Assembly (NCBI GenBank): GCA_964645795.1
Contig: CAZYCL010000002.1
Coordinates: 80,352 to 144,351, forward strand
Length of the DNA: 64,000 bases
Source: an uncultured Planctomycetales bacterium
Lineage (GTDB): Bacteria > Omnitrophota > Gorgyraeia > Gygaellales > Profunditerraquicolaceae
Direction of reading: 5' to 3'
A program made the position numbers and the translations under genes. The notes beneath the pieces were generated by a model, which was given only the letters and a program-made list of their open reading frames with translations, searched no databases and was not told the origin of the DNA. How positions within the stretch are numbered: the first letter of the stretch is position 1; every line of letters starts with the position of its first letter. Shown piece by piece: positions 19,713 to 28,617 of this stretch.

Positions 19713-20638
19713 AGTTTTTCGATGATTGCCTGGGCCAGGAGAGGAAGCATGATCTCATGGTGGCCGATCACATAAAACCCCTTCCCGCCTGCCTCGACCG
19801 GGCGAGCCACAACGTTTAGCTGCGGCCGGTAGTGATAGATCATATCGAAGTTGGCGGTAATAAAATCCCTGACGGGATTACCCACGTTCCTGGCCAGGTT
19901 TAAGGCCTTCAAGAACACCTCCGGCAGGATCACCGCAGAGCCGAAGTTAAGCAAAACGCCCCCTTTATTAAGACGGCAAACGCATTCGCTGAAGTTGAGG
20001 AAGTCGCGCGCGCTGGCGCTTCCGGTAAGGGCGCCGTCAAAAGAAGGATGCTGATGTATGATATCCGTACCTATGGCCACAAATACGCAAACCGGTATTT
20101 TATGCTTATAAGCGTTATAAAGAAGGCTGTGCTCCTTAAATGGGAGCTTCTCGCAGGCTATCCTGGAGGCCACGCTCTCACCCAGGCCCAGCCCCTCCTG
20201 CGCGCCGCAGTTTACGGCGTTGTTTATGAAATCCGCGGTCTCCCGGCCCATGCCGAACCGCCCCGCGCGCAGGTTCTCGGATACGTCCTCCGATGTCCTG
20301 CCCTGGAAGGCGACCTCGAAATCGTGGATCACCCCGGCCCCGTTAAGGCATACGCAGCTGATGGCACCCTTTTTTATCAGCTCAATCACCACCGGATTGA
20401 GGCCGCACTTGATGACATGGGCGCCGGCCATGAATATTACCGCTTTATGTTTCTTGCGCGCCCCGGCAACGCTGTCGGCGATAAAACGCAGATCTTTGGC
20501 CTTCAATATATGCGGCAGGGAATCAAGAAAACCCCGGAAGCTGACGAGCCTGCGCGGGGGACGGGCAAAATCGGTTTTACTGACCTTGCTATAGCGCTTT
20601 TTCACCGGATATGTCCTGATCTTTTTGGTATTGATCAT
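19709..20638 (-). CDS. Deoxyhypusine-synthase-like (DHS-like) protein of unknown role, embedded in the LPS core cluster
   Basis: 309 aa. The block NPVVIELIKKGAISCVCLNGAGVIHDFEVA parallels the DHS NAD-binding segment (..MVDVLVTTAGGVEEDLIK). It is co-directional and translationally coupled to its neighbours, with a 4-nt overlap with the kinase gene. Confidence 0.45.
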   Translation of the reverse strand: MINTKKIRTYPVKKRYSKVSKTDFARPPRRLVSFRGFLDSLPHILKAKDLRFIADSVAGARKKHKAVIFMAGAHVIKCGLNPVVIELIKKGAISCVCLNGAGVIHDFEVAFQGRTSEDVSENLRAGRFGMGRETADFINNAVNCGAQEGLGLGESVASRIACEKLPFKEHSLLYNAYKHKIPVCVFVAIGTDIIHQHPSFDGALTGSASARDFLNFSECVCRLNKGGVLLNFGSAVILPEVFLKALNLARNVGNPVRDFITANFDMIYHYRPQLNVVARPVEAGGKGFYVIGHHEIMLPLLAQAIIEKL

Positions 20639-20699
20639 ACTAAATTATTAATTTTAGCACAATTCCCGGGTAAATCAATCTTAAGTTGCGGTTTCTATC

Positions 20700-20735
20700 C
20701 TGGGGACGGTTGCGGGACCACGGTCGCGCGACCGC
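20700..20735. repeat. Degenerate member of the GGGGACGGTT palindromic intergenic repeat family, including a perfect 14-nt palindrome CGGTCGCGCGACCG
   Basis: The sequence tGGGGACGGTTgcgggaccaCGGTCGCGCGACCG lies between the 19709-20638 and 20746-21513 genes. It shares the GGGGACGGTT seed with the loci at 36117, 43657 and 51557. Confidence 0.5.
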
Positions 20736-20745
20736 CACCGGGTTT

Positions 20746-21513
20746 TCACTGAGGCGGACCGTGATACTCGCGCATCTCCAGAGTATAACCCAGGCTGCTT
20801 GAACCTTTTATCTTCAGAGGAACGCGATGGCTGTCATCGCTTATCCATATCTCAAACTGCCGGGGAGTGCTGGTAAACTTATAAGCCACGAACCTGCCGG
20901 CCGGGACTACCACCTCTTCCTTGGATACCAGCCTCAAGCTGAACTCTTTTGTGGGGAGCCTGGCGATGAGGCTATAGCCTATGTCAAGCGCGGCGTTCTT
21001 GCGCAGGTAAAACGGCAGGAGTATGGCGTTGTTTATGACGTCGCCCTTTTTTATGACGAGGGTCGGCTCCTTTCTGTTGCCCTTGATTTTGCTTACGACC
21101 ACCTTGAAATCCTTTTGGTCGTAATCTTCGGTTATCTTCTCCGTAGTCGGCCACATGTTGACAAGCCTTTCCACTCTTAAAGGTAAATAAGTCACGGGGT
21201 CGCAGTAGATCTTTTCGGTATCGGCGAAGCGCGCAAGCTTTGTCTCGAACCTGACGACGCTGACCGGCCTGCCTTCCAGCTCCTCATCGGCAAGGGTTGT
21301 AAAAACCGACCTTCCCAGAGAGAGCTTGCCCAGATGCACTTCATAAATAACCTTCTCTCCGGGGTGACCCGGTTTTTTTAACTCGGTATACGGCAGAACG
21401 GACCTATGCCCAGGCGCGCTTTCATAGATATTCCTAAAGAAGATAAGCGGACTAAGGAAAAAGACCGCTACCAGGGTAAAAAACAGTGCGCGTAACAGGC
21501 GGCGCCTTCTCAT
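20746..21513 (-). CDS. Membrane-anchored hypothetical protein, possibly DUF3108-like
   Basis: 255 aa with an N-terminal TM helix (LLRALFFTLVAVFFLSPLIFF). The rest is beta-rich with no catalytic motifs. Confidence 0.4.
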   Translation of the reverse strand: MRRRRLLRALFFTLVAVFFLSPLIFFRNIYESAPGHRSVLPYTELKKPGHPGEKVIYEVHLGKLSLGRSVFTTLADEELEGRPVSVVRFETKLARFADTEKIYCDPVTYLPLRVERLVNMWPTTEKITEDYDQKDFKVVVSKIKGNRKEPTLVIKKGDVINNAILLPFYLRKNAALDIGYSLIARLPTKEFSLRLVSKEEVVVPAGRFVAYKFTSTPRQFEIWISDDSHRVPLKIKGSSSLGYTLEMREYHGPPQ

Positions 21514-23546
21514 CTGTCCAGGGCCTTTCGTGCAGCCTCAAGCACATCATCAACCGTTATATTCTTAAGACATTTGAATCCGTTAGCGCACTCATGGGCA
21601 AGGCAAGGCAGGCAGCCCCCTCCTTTATGCACATAAATGCCGTTCTCGGCGCACGGCCCCCAGCGCCGCGGGCTTAAGCCTTTTTGGTCTCGGCCGAAGA
21701 TGGACACTACCGGCACTCCGAGGGCGCAGGCGATGTGTACGGGCCCTGAATCGTTAGAGATAAAAATACTGCTTCTTTTTAACACGCTTGCCAGCTGGGC
21801 CAGCGAAGTCCTGCCTGCGAGGTTTAGGACGTTATGGCGCATCGCTCTTTCGACAGTTGCGGCCTGAGCCGCGTCACTACTGCCGGCAACGATCACGGGC
21901 TTAAATCCGTATTCATCCGCCAGGCTGTCGGCGACGAGGGCGAAGCGCTCGGCCGGCCATATTTTAGACAAGCAGCTTGCCCCGGGGTGGACACATAACA
22001 GGCGGTCCTCCTGTTTTATCCCTGAACGCTCAAGTAGTTGGCTCAGCCAGGACTCGGCGCCGGGTTTTATCGGGACATAAAACTCTTTATTTTGCCCGTC
22101 GATCCCAAGCTGCCTTACCAGATCGAAGTTATAATCCGATTCATGCCTTAAGCCCTCCTGTTTTTTGTGGGCTATCTTTTGGGTAAGCAGAAAAGCCCAC
22201 TTACGGTCATAGCCTATTCTCTGGGGTATGCCTGCAAGAAAGCTTAAAAGATGCGCGCGTATTGTCGGATGCAAGACGATCGCCAGGTCGAACTTCTCGC
22301 GTTTTATCCGACGGGAAATCCTCAGCGCCCCTAAAAGCCCCCTGTCCCTGGATCTTTTGTCCAAAAGGACGACCTCATCCAGGTAGGGGTTGCCTGCGAC
22401 GATATCCCCGGCTACGGCGCTAACCATCATTGCCAAATATGCCTGAGGGTATTTCTGGCGCACGGCCTTGATAACGGGAGTGGAAAGCACTACATCTCCG
22501 ATGCGATCGGTGCGTATGATAAGTATGCGTTTTGGGCCGCTATCTTGAGCCGGACGGATGCACGCCGCAGCCTTATCAGATAAAATATCCCGGACCCGCT
22601 CTAAAACTTCCTGCGGCTTTAAAAACGACATGCATCGTGCGTCTTTATAACGGCATTGGGCAACGGTGCATGGCCGGCAGAACAGCTCTCTTTTTATCAC
22701 CATGCTCCCCGAAGACCATGGTCCGTATTTTTTCTCGTCGCTGGGTCCGAAAAGCGCTACGGTCGGGATGTCCATATAGCTGGCTAACTGCAACGTACCA
22801 GTATCGCAGCTGACCAGGGCCGCTGATCTTTTCAAAAGATAGGCCAGCTGCCTCAGGCTTGTCAGGCCCGTAAGGTCCAGCACTTTATCCGGACAGCGCC
22901 CGGCTATGTAGCGGTTGGTATCGCTGAATGCCGCTGACCCTATGACCGCTACCCTTGCAAAAGCCGACAGATCACAACAGAGCGAAGCGAACTTATCCGC
23001 CTCCCACTTCCTCGTCCCTCCCCCGGCGCCGGTGGAAACCAGGACTATCTTCTCATCCCGGCGCACTCTCCTGGCCAGCAGCAGCTCATCGATGTAGCTC
23101 TTGTCTTGGTCGCTATAGCTGAAGCTGGGGTTTTTGGGCTTAAGCGACAGGTCTAGTTGAGGCAGGGCGTTCTTTAGCCGGTAGAGGTTACGCTCTTTCA
23201 TATGCTTGATCCTGCCGGGGATGATCAAGAAAGGTGACGTGCGCCAGCGGCAGGGAAGCAGCGCGCCGTAAAGGCTGTTGCGGTAATCCAGGACCGCATC
23301 GAAGTTTGCCCTTTTAAGACGGAAGAAAAGCTTCGTCTTTTCTGAAAGCCTGGCGTGCTTGTCATAGACGATAATCTCGAATCGCGATGCGGCGTTTGAA
23401 AAGATCTCTTTTGCCCGCGGGCCGACCATCACCGTGACTGCGGCCTGGGGAAAATTAGCGCACAGCGCATCCAGCACCGGCAGCGTAAGGATCACGTCGC
23501 CGAGGTTGCTAAGCGTGATCAAAAGTATTTTCTTGGGCGGCTTCAT
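21510..23546 (-). CDS. Fused tandem glycosyltransferase family 9 protein (two ADP-heptose:LPS heptosyltransferase-like domains, WaaC/WaaF/WaaQ type)
   Basis: 678 aa. Two complete GT9 modules each open with the signature ILLI..SNLGDVILTLPV (residues about 1-330) and ILIIRTDRIGDVVLSTPV (residues about 345-678). Confidence 0.8.
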   Translation of the reverse strand: MKPPKKILLITLSNLGDVILTLPVLDALCANFPQAAVTVMVGPRAKEIFSNAASRFEIIVYDKHARLSEKTKLFFRLKRANFDAVLDYRNSLYGALLPCRWRTSPFLIIPGRIKHMKERNLYRLKNALPQLDLSLKPKNPSFSYSDQDKSYIDELLLARRVRRDEKIVLVSTGAGGGTRKWEADKFASLCCDLSAFARVAVIGSAAFSDTNRYIAGRCPDKVLDLTGLTSLRQLAYLLKRSAALVSCDTGTLQLASYMDIPTVALFGPSDEKKYGPWSSGSMVIKRELFCRPCTVAQCRYKDARCMSFLKPQEVLERVRDILSDKAAACIRPAQDSGPKRILIIRTDRIGDVVLSTPVIKAVRQKYPQAYLAMMVSAVAGDIVAGNPYLDEVVLLDKRSRDRGLLGALRISRRIKREKFDLAIVLHPTIRAHLLSFLAGIPQRIGYDRKWAFLLTQKIAHKKQEGLRHESDYNFDLVRQLGIDGQNKEFYVPIKPGAESWLSQLLERSGIKQEDRLLCVHPGASCLSKIWPAERFALVADSLADEYGFKPVIVAGSSDAAQAATVERAMRHNVLNLAGRTSLAQLASVLKRSSIFISNDSGPVHIACALGVPVVSIFGRDQKGLSPRRWGPCAENGIYVHKGGGCLPCLAHECANGFKCLKNITVDDVLEAARKALDR

Positions 23547-24595
23547 CGAGGGTTTTGTATGAAGAGGCGCGCCTTCTCAAATACCTCTTCGCAAGTTATC
23601 GCTTTCATGCACCGGTTGTCCTTGCAGCCCAGGGCATAACAGGGAATGGGACAGCCGACATCCTTCTGCAATACGCTGACTTCTTTTAGGGGGTAAGGCC
23701 CGGTGACATCAACGGCAGTAGGGCCGAAAAGGGCGATGATCTTACAGCAGGAAACGGCATTAGCTATATGCAGAGGACCGGTATCGGCAGTTATAAAGAC
23801 CCTGATGTGCCTAAACAGCGCTCCTAACTGTTTTATGTTAAATGCCCCGCAGCCGATGATGGGCTTTTCGCGCATCTGGCCTCTTATGCTCTCAGCAAGC
23901 TTAGAGTCCTGCGGACCTCCGGTGATAATCACCCTGGCCCCAAGCTGCAATATGAGCATATCAGCAAGCCTGGCCCAGTTGAGGCTGGGCCAACGCTTAG
24001 GGTCCCAGTTACCTCCGGGATTTACGGCAATGACCAACTCCCCCTCGCCGATATTATGCCGCTTCAGGAAATCCCTGATCGCCTTCTCGTCCTCATCGCC
24101 ATAGAAAAACTCCGTGAACCTGTCCTCGACCCGAAGACCCGCTTTCTCGACAATGTTAAGGTAATAATCTATGCGGTGCAGCGAATCCTTCTTAGGCATG
24201 GGGATCTTCTTGGTGAGAAGAAAACCTCTCTTCTTGGTATAATAGCCGATCCTTTCCTTTATCCCCGCAAGCCGGCAGATAAGCGTGCGGCTAAACGACC
24301 TGTGCAGCAGAAAGACCGTATCAAAGTTCTTTGATTTAATGACACCTACGAAATCCATCTGACGCTTAAGCCCCCTGTGCCTGTCTTTCTCGTCATAGAT
24401 GATGACCTCATCCAGGTGGGGATTGTCTTTTAAGACCGGATAACAGCGGCTGGGGACAACGCAGGCGATGAAAGCCGAGGGAAAGTTCCTGCGGATATTG
24501 CGGATGGTAGCGGTGGAAAAGATTACGTCTCCGAGCCAGTTGACGTTAAATATAAGGATGCGCCGGTTTTGCGGCGCCTGGTCTTTGGGCTTCAT
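23543..24595 (-). CDS. Glycosyltransferase family 9 (LPS heptosyltransferase)
   Basis: 350 aa with ILIFNVNWLGDVIFSTATI and a C-terminal GT-B half containing ITADTGPLHIA. Confidence 0.85.
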   Translation of the reverse strand: MKPKDQAPQNRRILIFNVNWLGDVIFSTATIRNIRRNFPSAFIACVVPSRCYPVLKDNPHLDEVIIYDEKDRHRGLKRQMDFVGVIKSKNFDTVFLLHRSFSRTLICRLAGIKERIGYYTKKRGFLLTKKIPMPKKDSLHRIDYYLNIVEKAGLRVEDRFTEFFYGDEDEKAIRDFLKRHNIGEGELVIAVNPGGNWDPKRWPSLNWARLADMLILQLGARVIITGGPQDSKLAESIRGQMREKPIIGCGAFNIKQLGALFRHIRVFITADTGPLHIANAVSCCKIIALFGPTAVDVTGPYPLKEVSVLQKDVGCPIPCYALGCKDNRCMKAITCEEVFEKARLFIQNPR

Positions 24596-25413
24596 TTACG
24601 ACGCCTCTCCTTGAAAAATGTATAATATCCGGATGATTCAAACCAGAATACAAAGAGATTCCTGGCGTTCTCGGAGATACGTATGCGCTTGAGCAACATA
24701 ACATCGTCAGAGGGGTATTTTCTGCCGGGAGAAGTAGCCACCGCCACCTGATACCCGGCCTCTCTTACCAGCCTTCTTATTGTATCATTAAACAGACCTT
24801 CGGGATAACTGAAAGCGCGCACCTCCCGGGAAAGCCTTGCCTGAAGGGCGTACTTGGATGCGAATATCTGCCTTTTGATCTCAGGCCTGGACTTAAGATT
24901 CACCAGCGGCTCGGCATCCAAACAGTGGCTGCCAAAACTGACCAGACCTGAATCCTGCATCTCTGTTATCTGCTTCCATGTCAGACGCGCGTCCCCCGGC
25001 TTAAGATCGGCGGTAAGCGGCCTGCCCACCTCATGGACGATGATAAAGAGGGTCGCGGGAATGCCATATTTCTTGAGCACCGGAAAAGCCCAGGTATAGA
25101 CATCCTGATATCCGTCGTCAAAAGTAATAGCCACGGTCTTGGCAGGTATCTTGCGCCCCTCCCTTACCAGCTGGGCCAGGTCTTCCAGCTTCATGATATT
25201 GTATTTGCGTTGACGCAGGAAACGCATCTGGCGCTCAAATGTATCGGGTGAGACGATCAGGCTTTTTATCTGGGGGTTCGGGACGGGGTTTACGGAGTGA
25301 TACATGAGGATCGGCACGACGTAATGCCTGCTTACATAAATCCAGAAGCCGGCGGAAGAAACAATAAGAAAAATGGCCAACCCCGCAAAGATCCTTTTAA
25401 GCCAGCGCTTCAT
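24592..25413 (-). CDS. Polysaccharide deacetylase (CE4 / NodB homology domain) with an N-terminal TM anchor
   Basis: The CE4 motifs are ITFDDGY and HEVG...H. I place the start at the internal Met (MKRWLKRIF..., 25413), which leaves a 17-nt overlap with the upstream GT4 gene. The track's 25491 start would overlap that gene by 95 nt. Confidence 0.8.
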   Translation of the reverse strand: MKRWLKRIFAGLAIFLIVSSAGFWIYVSRHYVVPILMYHSVNPVPNPQIKSLIVSPDTFERQMRFLRQRKYNIMKLEDLAQLVREGRKIPAKTVAITFDDGYQDVYTWAFPVLKKYGIPATLFIIVHEVGRPLTADLKPGDARLTWKQITEMQDSGLVSFGSHCLDAEPLVNLKSRPEIKRQIFASKYALQARLSREVRAFSYPEGLFNDTIRRLVREAGYQVAVATSPGRKYPSDDVMLLKRIRISENARNLFVFWFESSGYYTFFKERRRK

Positions 25414-26491
25414 AGTATACCCTTTCTGTCTCTGTGACCATCTTATCCAGCGAAAAGTTGTCTTTGATGAACGTCCGGGCGCAAGCGGCAAACCCGGCAG
25501 CCTCCCAGGGATTCTCTAACAGATAAATTATCGCCTGCGCAATAGACTGCGGGTCTTTGGGCCTGGTCAGCAGGCCGCTATGTCTATCGCAAATAAGCGT
25601 CCTGATGCCTCCGATATCCGAGCCGATAACGGGTATGCCGGCAGCCATAGCCTCCATAAGCGCCAGCCCCAGCCCTTCTTCTAACGACGGAAGGACAAAA
25701 ATATCCATGGCCGAGAGGGCATCCCGAGTATCTTCGAGCTCGTCGATGATCGTAACATTGTTCTCTATCCCCAGGGAGCGCGCCTGGCTAACAAGCGCAT
25801 CTTTGGTCTGGCCCTCCCCGGCAATAAGGAGCCGGGCGCGGGGAAACCTTGCAACCACCTCTCTCATCGCCGAGACCAGATACGTGTGGCCTTTGACGCT
25901 GGAAAGCCTGGCGATGATGCCGATAACGGGTGAGCCTTCAAGGCCGAACTGTTCACGGACCTGCATCTTCTTCGCGGGCCCCTCTACCATGAACTTTTCT
26001 ACGTCGATGCCGTTATGAACAAGGCGGATATCCCGAGACTCTATTTTAAAATCATTGACGAGGTGAGCCTCTACCTCCTTGCTGATAGCGATCACTTTTT
26101 CCCCCCGGCACGGCAGCATCTTTCGAAAGAGTCGCGGCTTAAAAAATCCGTGGCAGGTCCATATATGCGCCGGCCCCGCCCTGCGGCGCAGAAGCTGGGC
26201 AACTACCTGGGTCGTGCGGCTGTTGGAGTGCGCGATATCGATCTTATGGCGCCTGGTAAAGCCCGACAGCTTAAGAAAGCTTAACAAGACCGCGGGACTT
26301 ATCTCCTGCTTGGTCCTGATCGGTATCGGGACGAACTCCGCGCCTATCTGCCTGAATTTAACAAGCAGCTTGCCTGCGCTGGAAGCGATATAAACGCGAT
26401 GACCGCGCCCAAGCATGCCGCTTGCCAGGCTCAACACATAGCTGGTGATGCCTCCGACGTTCAAGTGATTAGTTAGGTATAGAATATTCAT
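25397..26491 (-). CDS. Glycosyltransferase family 4 (GT-B, retaining)
   Basis: 364 aa with an N-terminal MNILYLTNHLNVGGI and the EEGLGLALMEAMAAGIPVI motif (E-X7-E). Confidence 0.88.
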   Translation of the reverse strand: MNILYLTNHLNVGGITSYVLSLASGMLGRGHRVYIASSAGKLLVKFRQIGAEFVPIPIRTKQEISPAVLLSFLKLSGFTRRHKIDIAHSNSRTTQVVAQLLRRRAGPAHIWTCHGFFKPRLFRKMLPCRGEKVIAISKEVEAHLVNDFKIESRDIRLVHNGIDVEKFMVEGPAKKMQVREQFGLEGSPVIGIIARLSSVKGHTYLVSAMREVVARFPRARLLIAGEGQTKDALVSQARSLGIENNVTIIDELEDTRDALSAMDIFVLPSLEEGLGLALMEAMAAGIPVIGSDIGGIRTLICDRHSGLLTRPKDPQSIAQAIIYLLENPWEAAGFAACARTFIKDNFSLDKMVTETERVYYEALA

Positions 26492-26493
26492 TT

Positions 26494-28617
26494 TTAACCA
26501 GCAAGCTTCTTTACCGCCTCAAGCACTTCGTCTACGCTGATAAGCTTCATGCATTTTTTGCTCTGGCATTGAGGCCTATAGCAGGGGCTACAGCTAAGCT
26601 CCTTCTTAAGCAGGACACAGTTATCGCTTCTGACCAGATGCCTCCTGGGATCAGTAGGGCCGAAAAGGGCGATAAACGGCGTGCCCACGGCGCTTGCCAC
26701 GTGCAAAGGCGATGAGTCCGCCGAGATATAAACAGCGCATCTTTTTATAAAACAAGCCAGCTGGTTGATAGTGGTCTTGGCGCATAGATTAATGACCTTG
26801 GGGTCTTTGGCCGAAGCGCAAACGAGATTGGCGCGCTCCCGGTCGATCTCCACGCCGGTCACCGCCACCCTCATGTCGACCTTGCCGAGCTCTTCGCAGA
26901 GCTTGACCAGATGCTCCAGGGGCCAGCTTTTCGATTCCCACCTGGAGCTTGAGCTTATGTTTATCCCCACGATCTTCTGGTGCGGCTTTATCCACTGCGA
27001 ACTCAAGAGCTCCGTAATATAATTTTCATCCTCCTGGCTGGGCCAAAGCTCAAGGCTGTAATCATCCTGCTCTATGCCAAGCCCCCGCAGTATCCTGAAC
27101 TGGTGCGTCAGCGGATCGGCCCGGTCCTTATCGTCCTTGATGCCGCGGTTGAGCAAAAATCCCAACTTGCGGTCGGCGTATCCATAGCGGTCAGGGGCCA
27201 TGCTTAAGAGGCTTAAGATATGGCTTCTGCGGTTATTTTGCAGGTCAATAACAATATCAAAGCCTCTTTTTCTCAGGCCCCTGCCCAGGGATAGAATGCC
27301 CCGCAACCCCCTGTCCTTTGCCTTGAAATCCGCCACCAGCAGTTCATCGATATGAGGAGAACGCAGCAACACATCCTTTGTCTCATCCCCCACCAGAAAG
27401 CTAATGCTATATCCGGCCCCGGGGCCTGACCGTCCGAAGTTTGTCCTGATAGCCTTTAGTGCCGCGGTTGAGAGTATCACGTCGCCCAAAGAGCTGAGCT
27501 TGATGACCAGTATTTTAAAGCTACCCAGGGCCTCTTTATAAACATCGATAGTCTGCCTGACCATCAGTTCAAGGTTATACTTCTCTTGGACCTTCTTATG
27601 GGCGTTCTCCGCCAGGCTTCGGGCCAGCTCCGGCTCCCGGTATATCCTGATCACCGCTTCGGCGATCTCGTCAGGGGAACCCGGCGGCACCAATAACCCG
27701 TTCTTCTTGTCTTCGATAATATCTACGACCCCTCCTACTTCCGTAGCCACTACCGGCACACCCGCTGCCTGCGCCTCAATGATCACCCTGCCGAAGGCCT
27801 CGTGAGTGGTAGTAGCCATGACCAGGCAGTCCAGATGCGAGAGTATCTCCGGGATATCCCTTTGTATGCCCAGGAATTCGGTGCAGTGCCAAAGTCCGAG
27901 CTGGCGGATAAGGACCTGCAGCGATTCCTTGTAAGAAGACTTGGAGGCCGGGGCGTCTCCGACGATCCATATCTTTATCTGAGGCAGGTTACGCATGACC
28001 CTGGCCATCGCCTTTATGAAATGCAGATGCCCCTTAATAGGGGTGATCCTGCCGATTATGCCTATGTTAAATACACGCGAGCGTTTTTTATCGGGGCTTA
28101 AATACTTGAACTTCTGCAGGTCAACGCTGCGCGGGATGAGCCTTATGCGCTCATAGGGGACGCCGAAATCCTCGATCATGTGTCGGGCGATGACATTGCT
28201 TAAGACGATCACGCGCTTGGCCCAACCCATGACAAAGCTAAGAAAATGTTTTTTGTAATAACCGTGGCAGGTCGAGATAAATACGGTCTTGGTGGCCCGA
28301 CAGGCAAAATAGGCGATCCAGGCCGGCACGCGGCTCCTGGCATGCACGATATCGACCTTCTCCCGGCGTATGATCTCTGCCAGCGGGTTAATGAGCTTAT
28401 ACATGGAGAAAAAAGATTTTTTATTCACGGGCAGATGATAGTGAGTGGCGCCCATAGCCTCCAGCTCTTTAACCAGCAGGCCGCCGTTGGAGACGACCAC
28501 CGCCTTATGGCCCTGCTTTATCAGGTGCCTGGCCAGGTCCAGGGTCCCGGTTTCCACGCCGCCGACGTTAAGCTCCGGTAATATCTGAAGGATATTCATA
28601 TTAAAGTATCTTTTCAA
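26494..28617 (-). CDS. Bifunctional fusion of an N-terminal GT4 glycosyltransferase and a C-terminal GT9 heptosyltransferase-like domain
   Basis: 707 aa. Residues 1-370 carry GT4 motifs (NILQILPELNVGGVE, HEAFGRVIIEAQAAGVPVV). Residues 375-707 carry GT9 motifs (ILVIKLSSLGDVILSTAAL ... ISADSSPLHVASA). The start is possibly at the internal MNILQ (28599). Confidence 0.8.
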   Translation of the reverse strand: MKRYFNMNILQILPELNVGGVETGTLDLARHLIKQGHKAVVVSNGGLLVKELEAMGATHYHLPVNKKSFFSMYKLINPLAEIIRREKVDIVHARSRVPAWIAYFACRATKTVFISTCHGYYKKHFLSFVMGWAKRVIVLSNVIARHMIEDFGVPYERIRLIPRSVDLQKFKYLSPDKKRSRVFNIGIIGRITPIKGHLHFIKAMARVMRNLPQIKIWIVGDAPASKSSYKESLQVLIRQLGLWHCTEFLGIQRDIPEILSHLDCLVMATTTHEAFGRVIIEAQAAGVPVVATEVGGVVDIIEDKKNGLLVPPGSPDEIAEAVIRIYREPELARSLAENAHKKVQEKYNLELMVRQTIDVYKEALGSFKILVIKLSSLGDVILSTAALKAIRTNFGRSGPGAGYSISFLVGDETKDVLLRSPHIDELLVADFKAKDRGLRGILSLGRGLRKRGFDIVIDLQNNRRSHILSLLSMAPDRYGYADRKLGFLLNRGIKDDKDRADPLTHQFRILRGLGIEQDDYSLELWPSQEDENYITELLSSQWIKPHQKIVGINISSSSRWESKSWPLEHLVKLCEELGKVDMRVAVTGVEIDRERANLVCASAKDPKVINLCAKTTINQLACFIKRCAVYISADSSPLHVASAVGTPFIALFGPTDPRRHLVRSDNCVLLKKELSCSPCYRPQCQSKKCMKLISVDEVLEAVKKLAG

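Noticed and set aside
20048-20752. Plus-strand ORF of 234 aa overlapping the 309-aa DHS-like gene
   Set aside because: The minus-strand ORF is co-directional and translationally coupled with its neighbours and shows a DHS-like NAD-binding block. The plus-strand translation is Arg/Ala-rich with no motif and is typical of an antisense frame in GC-rich DNA.
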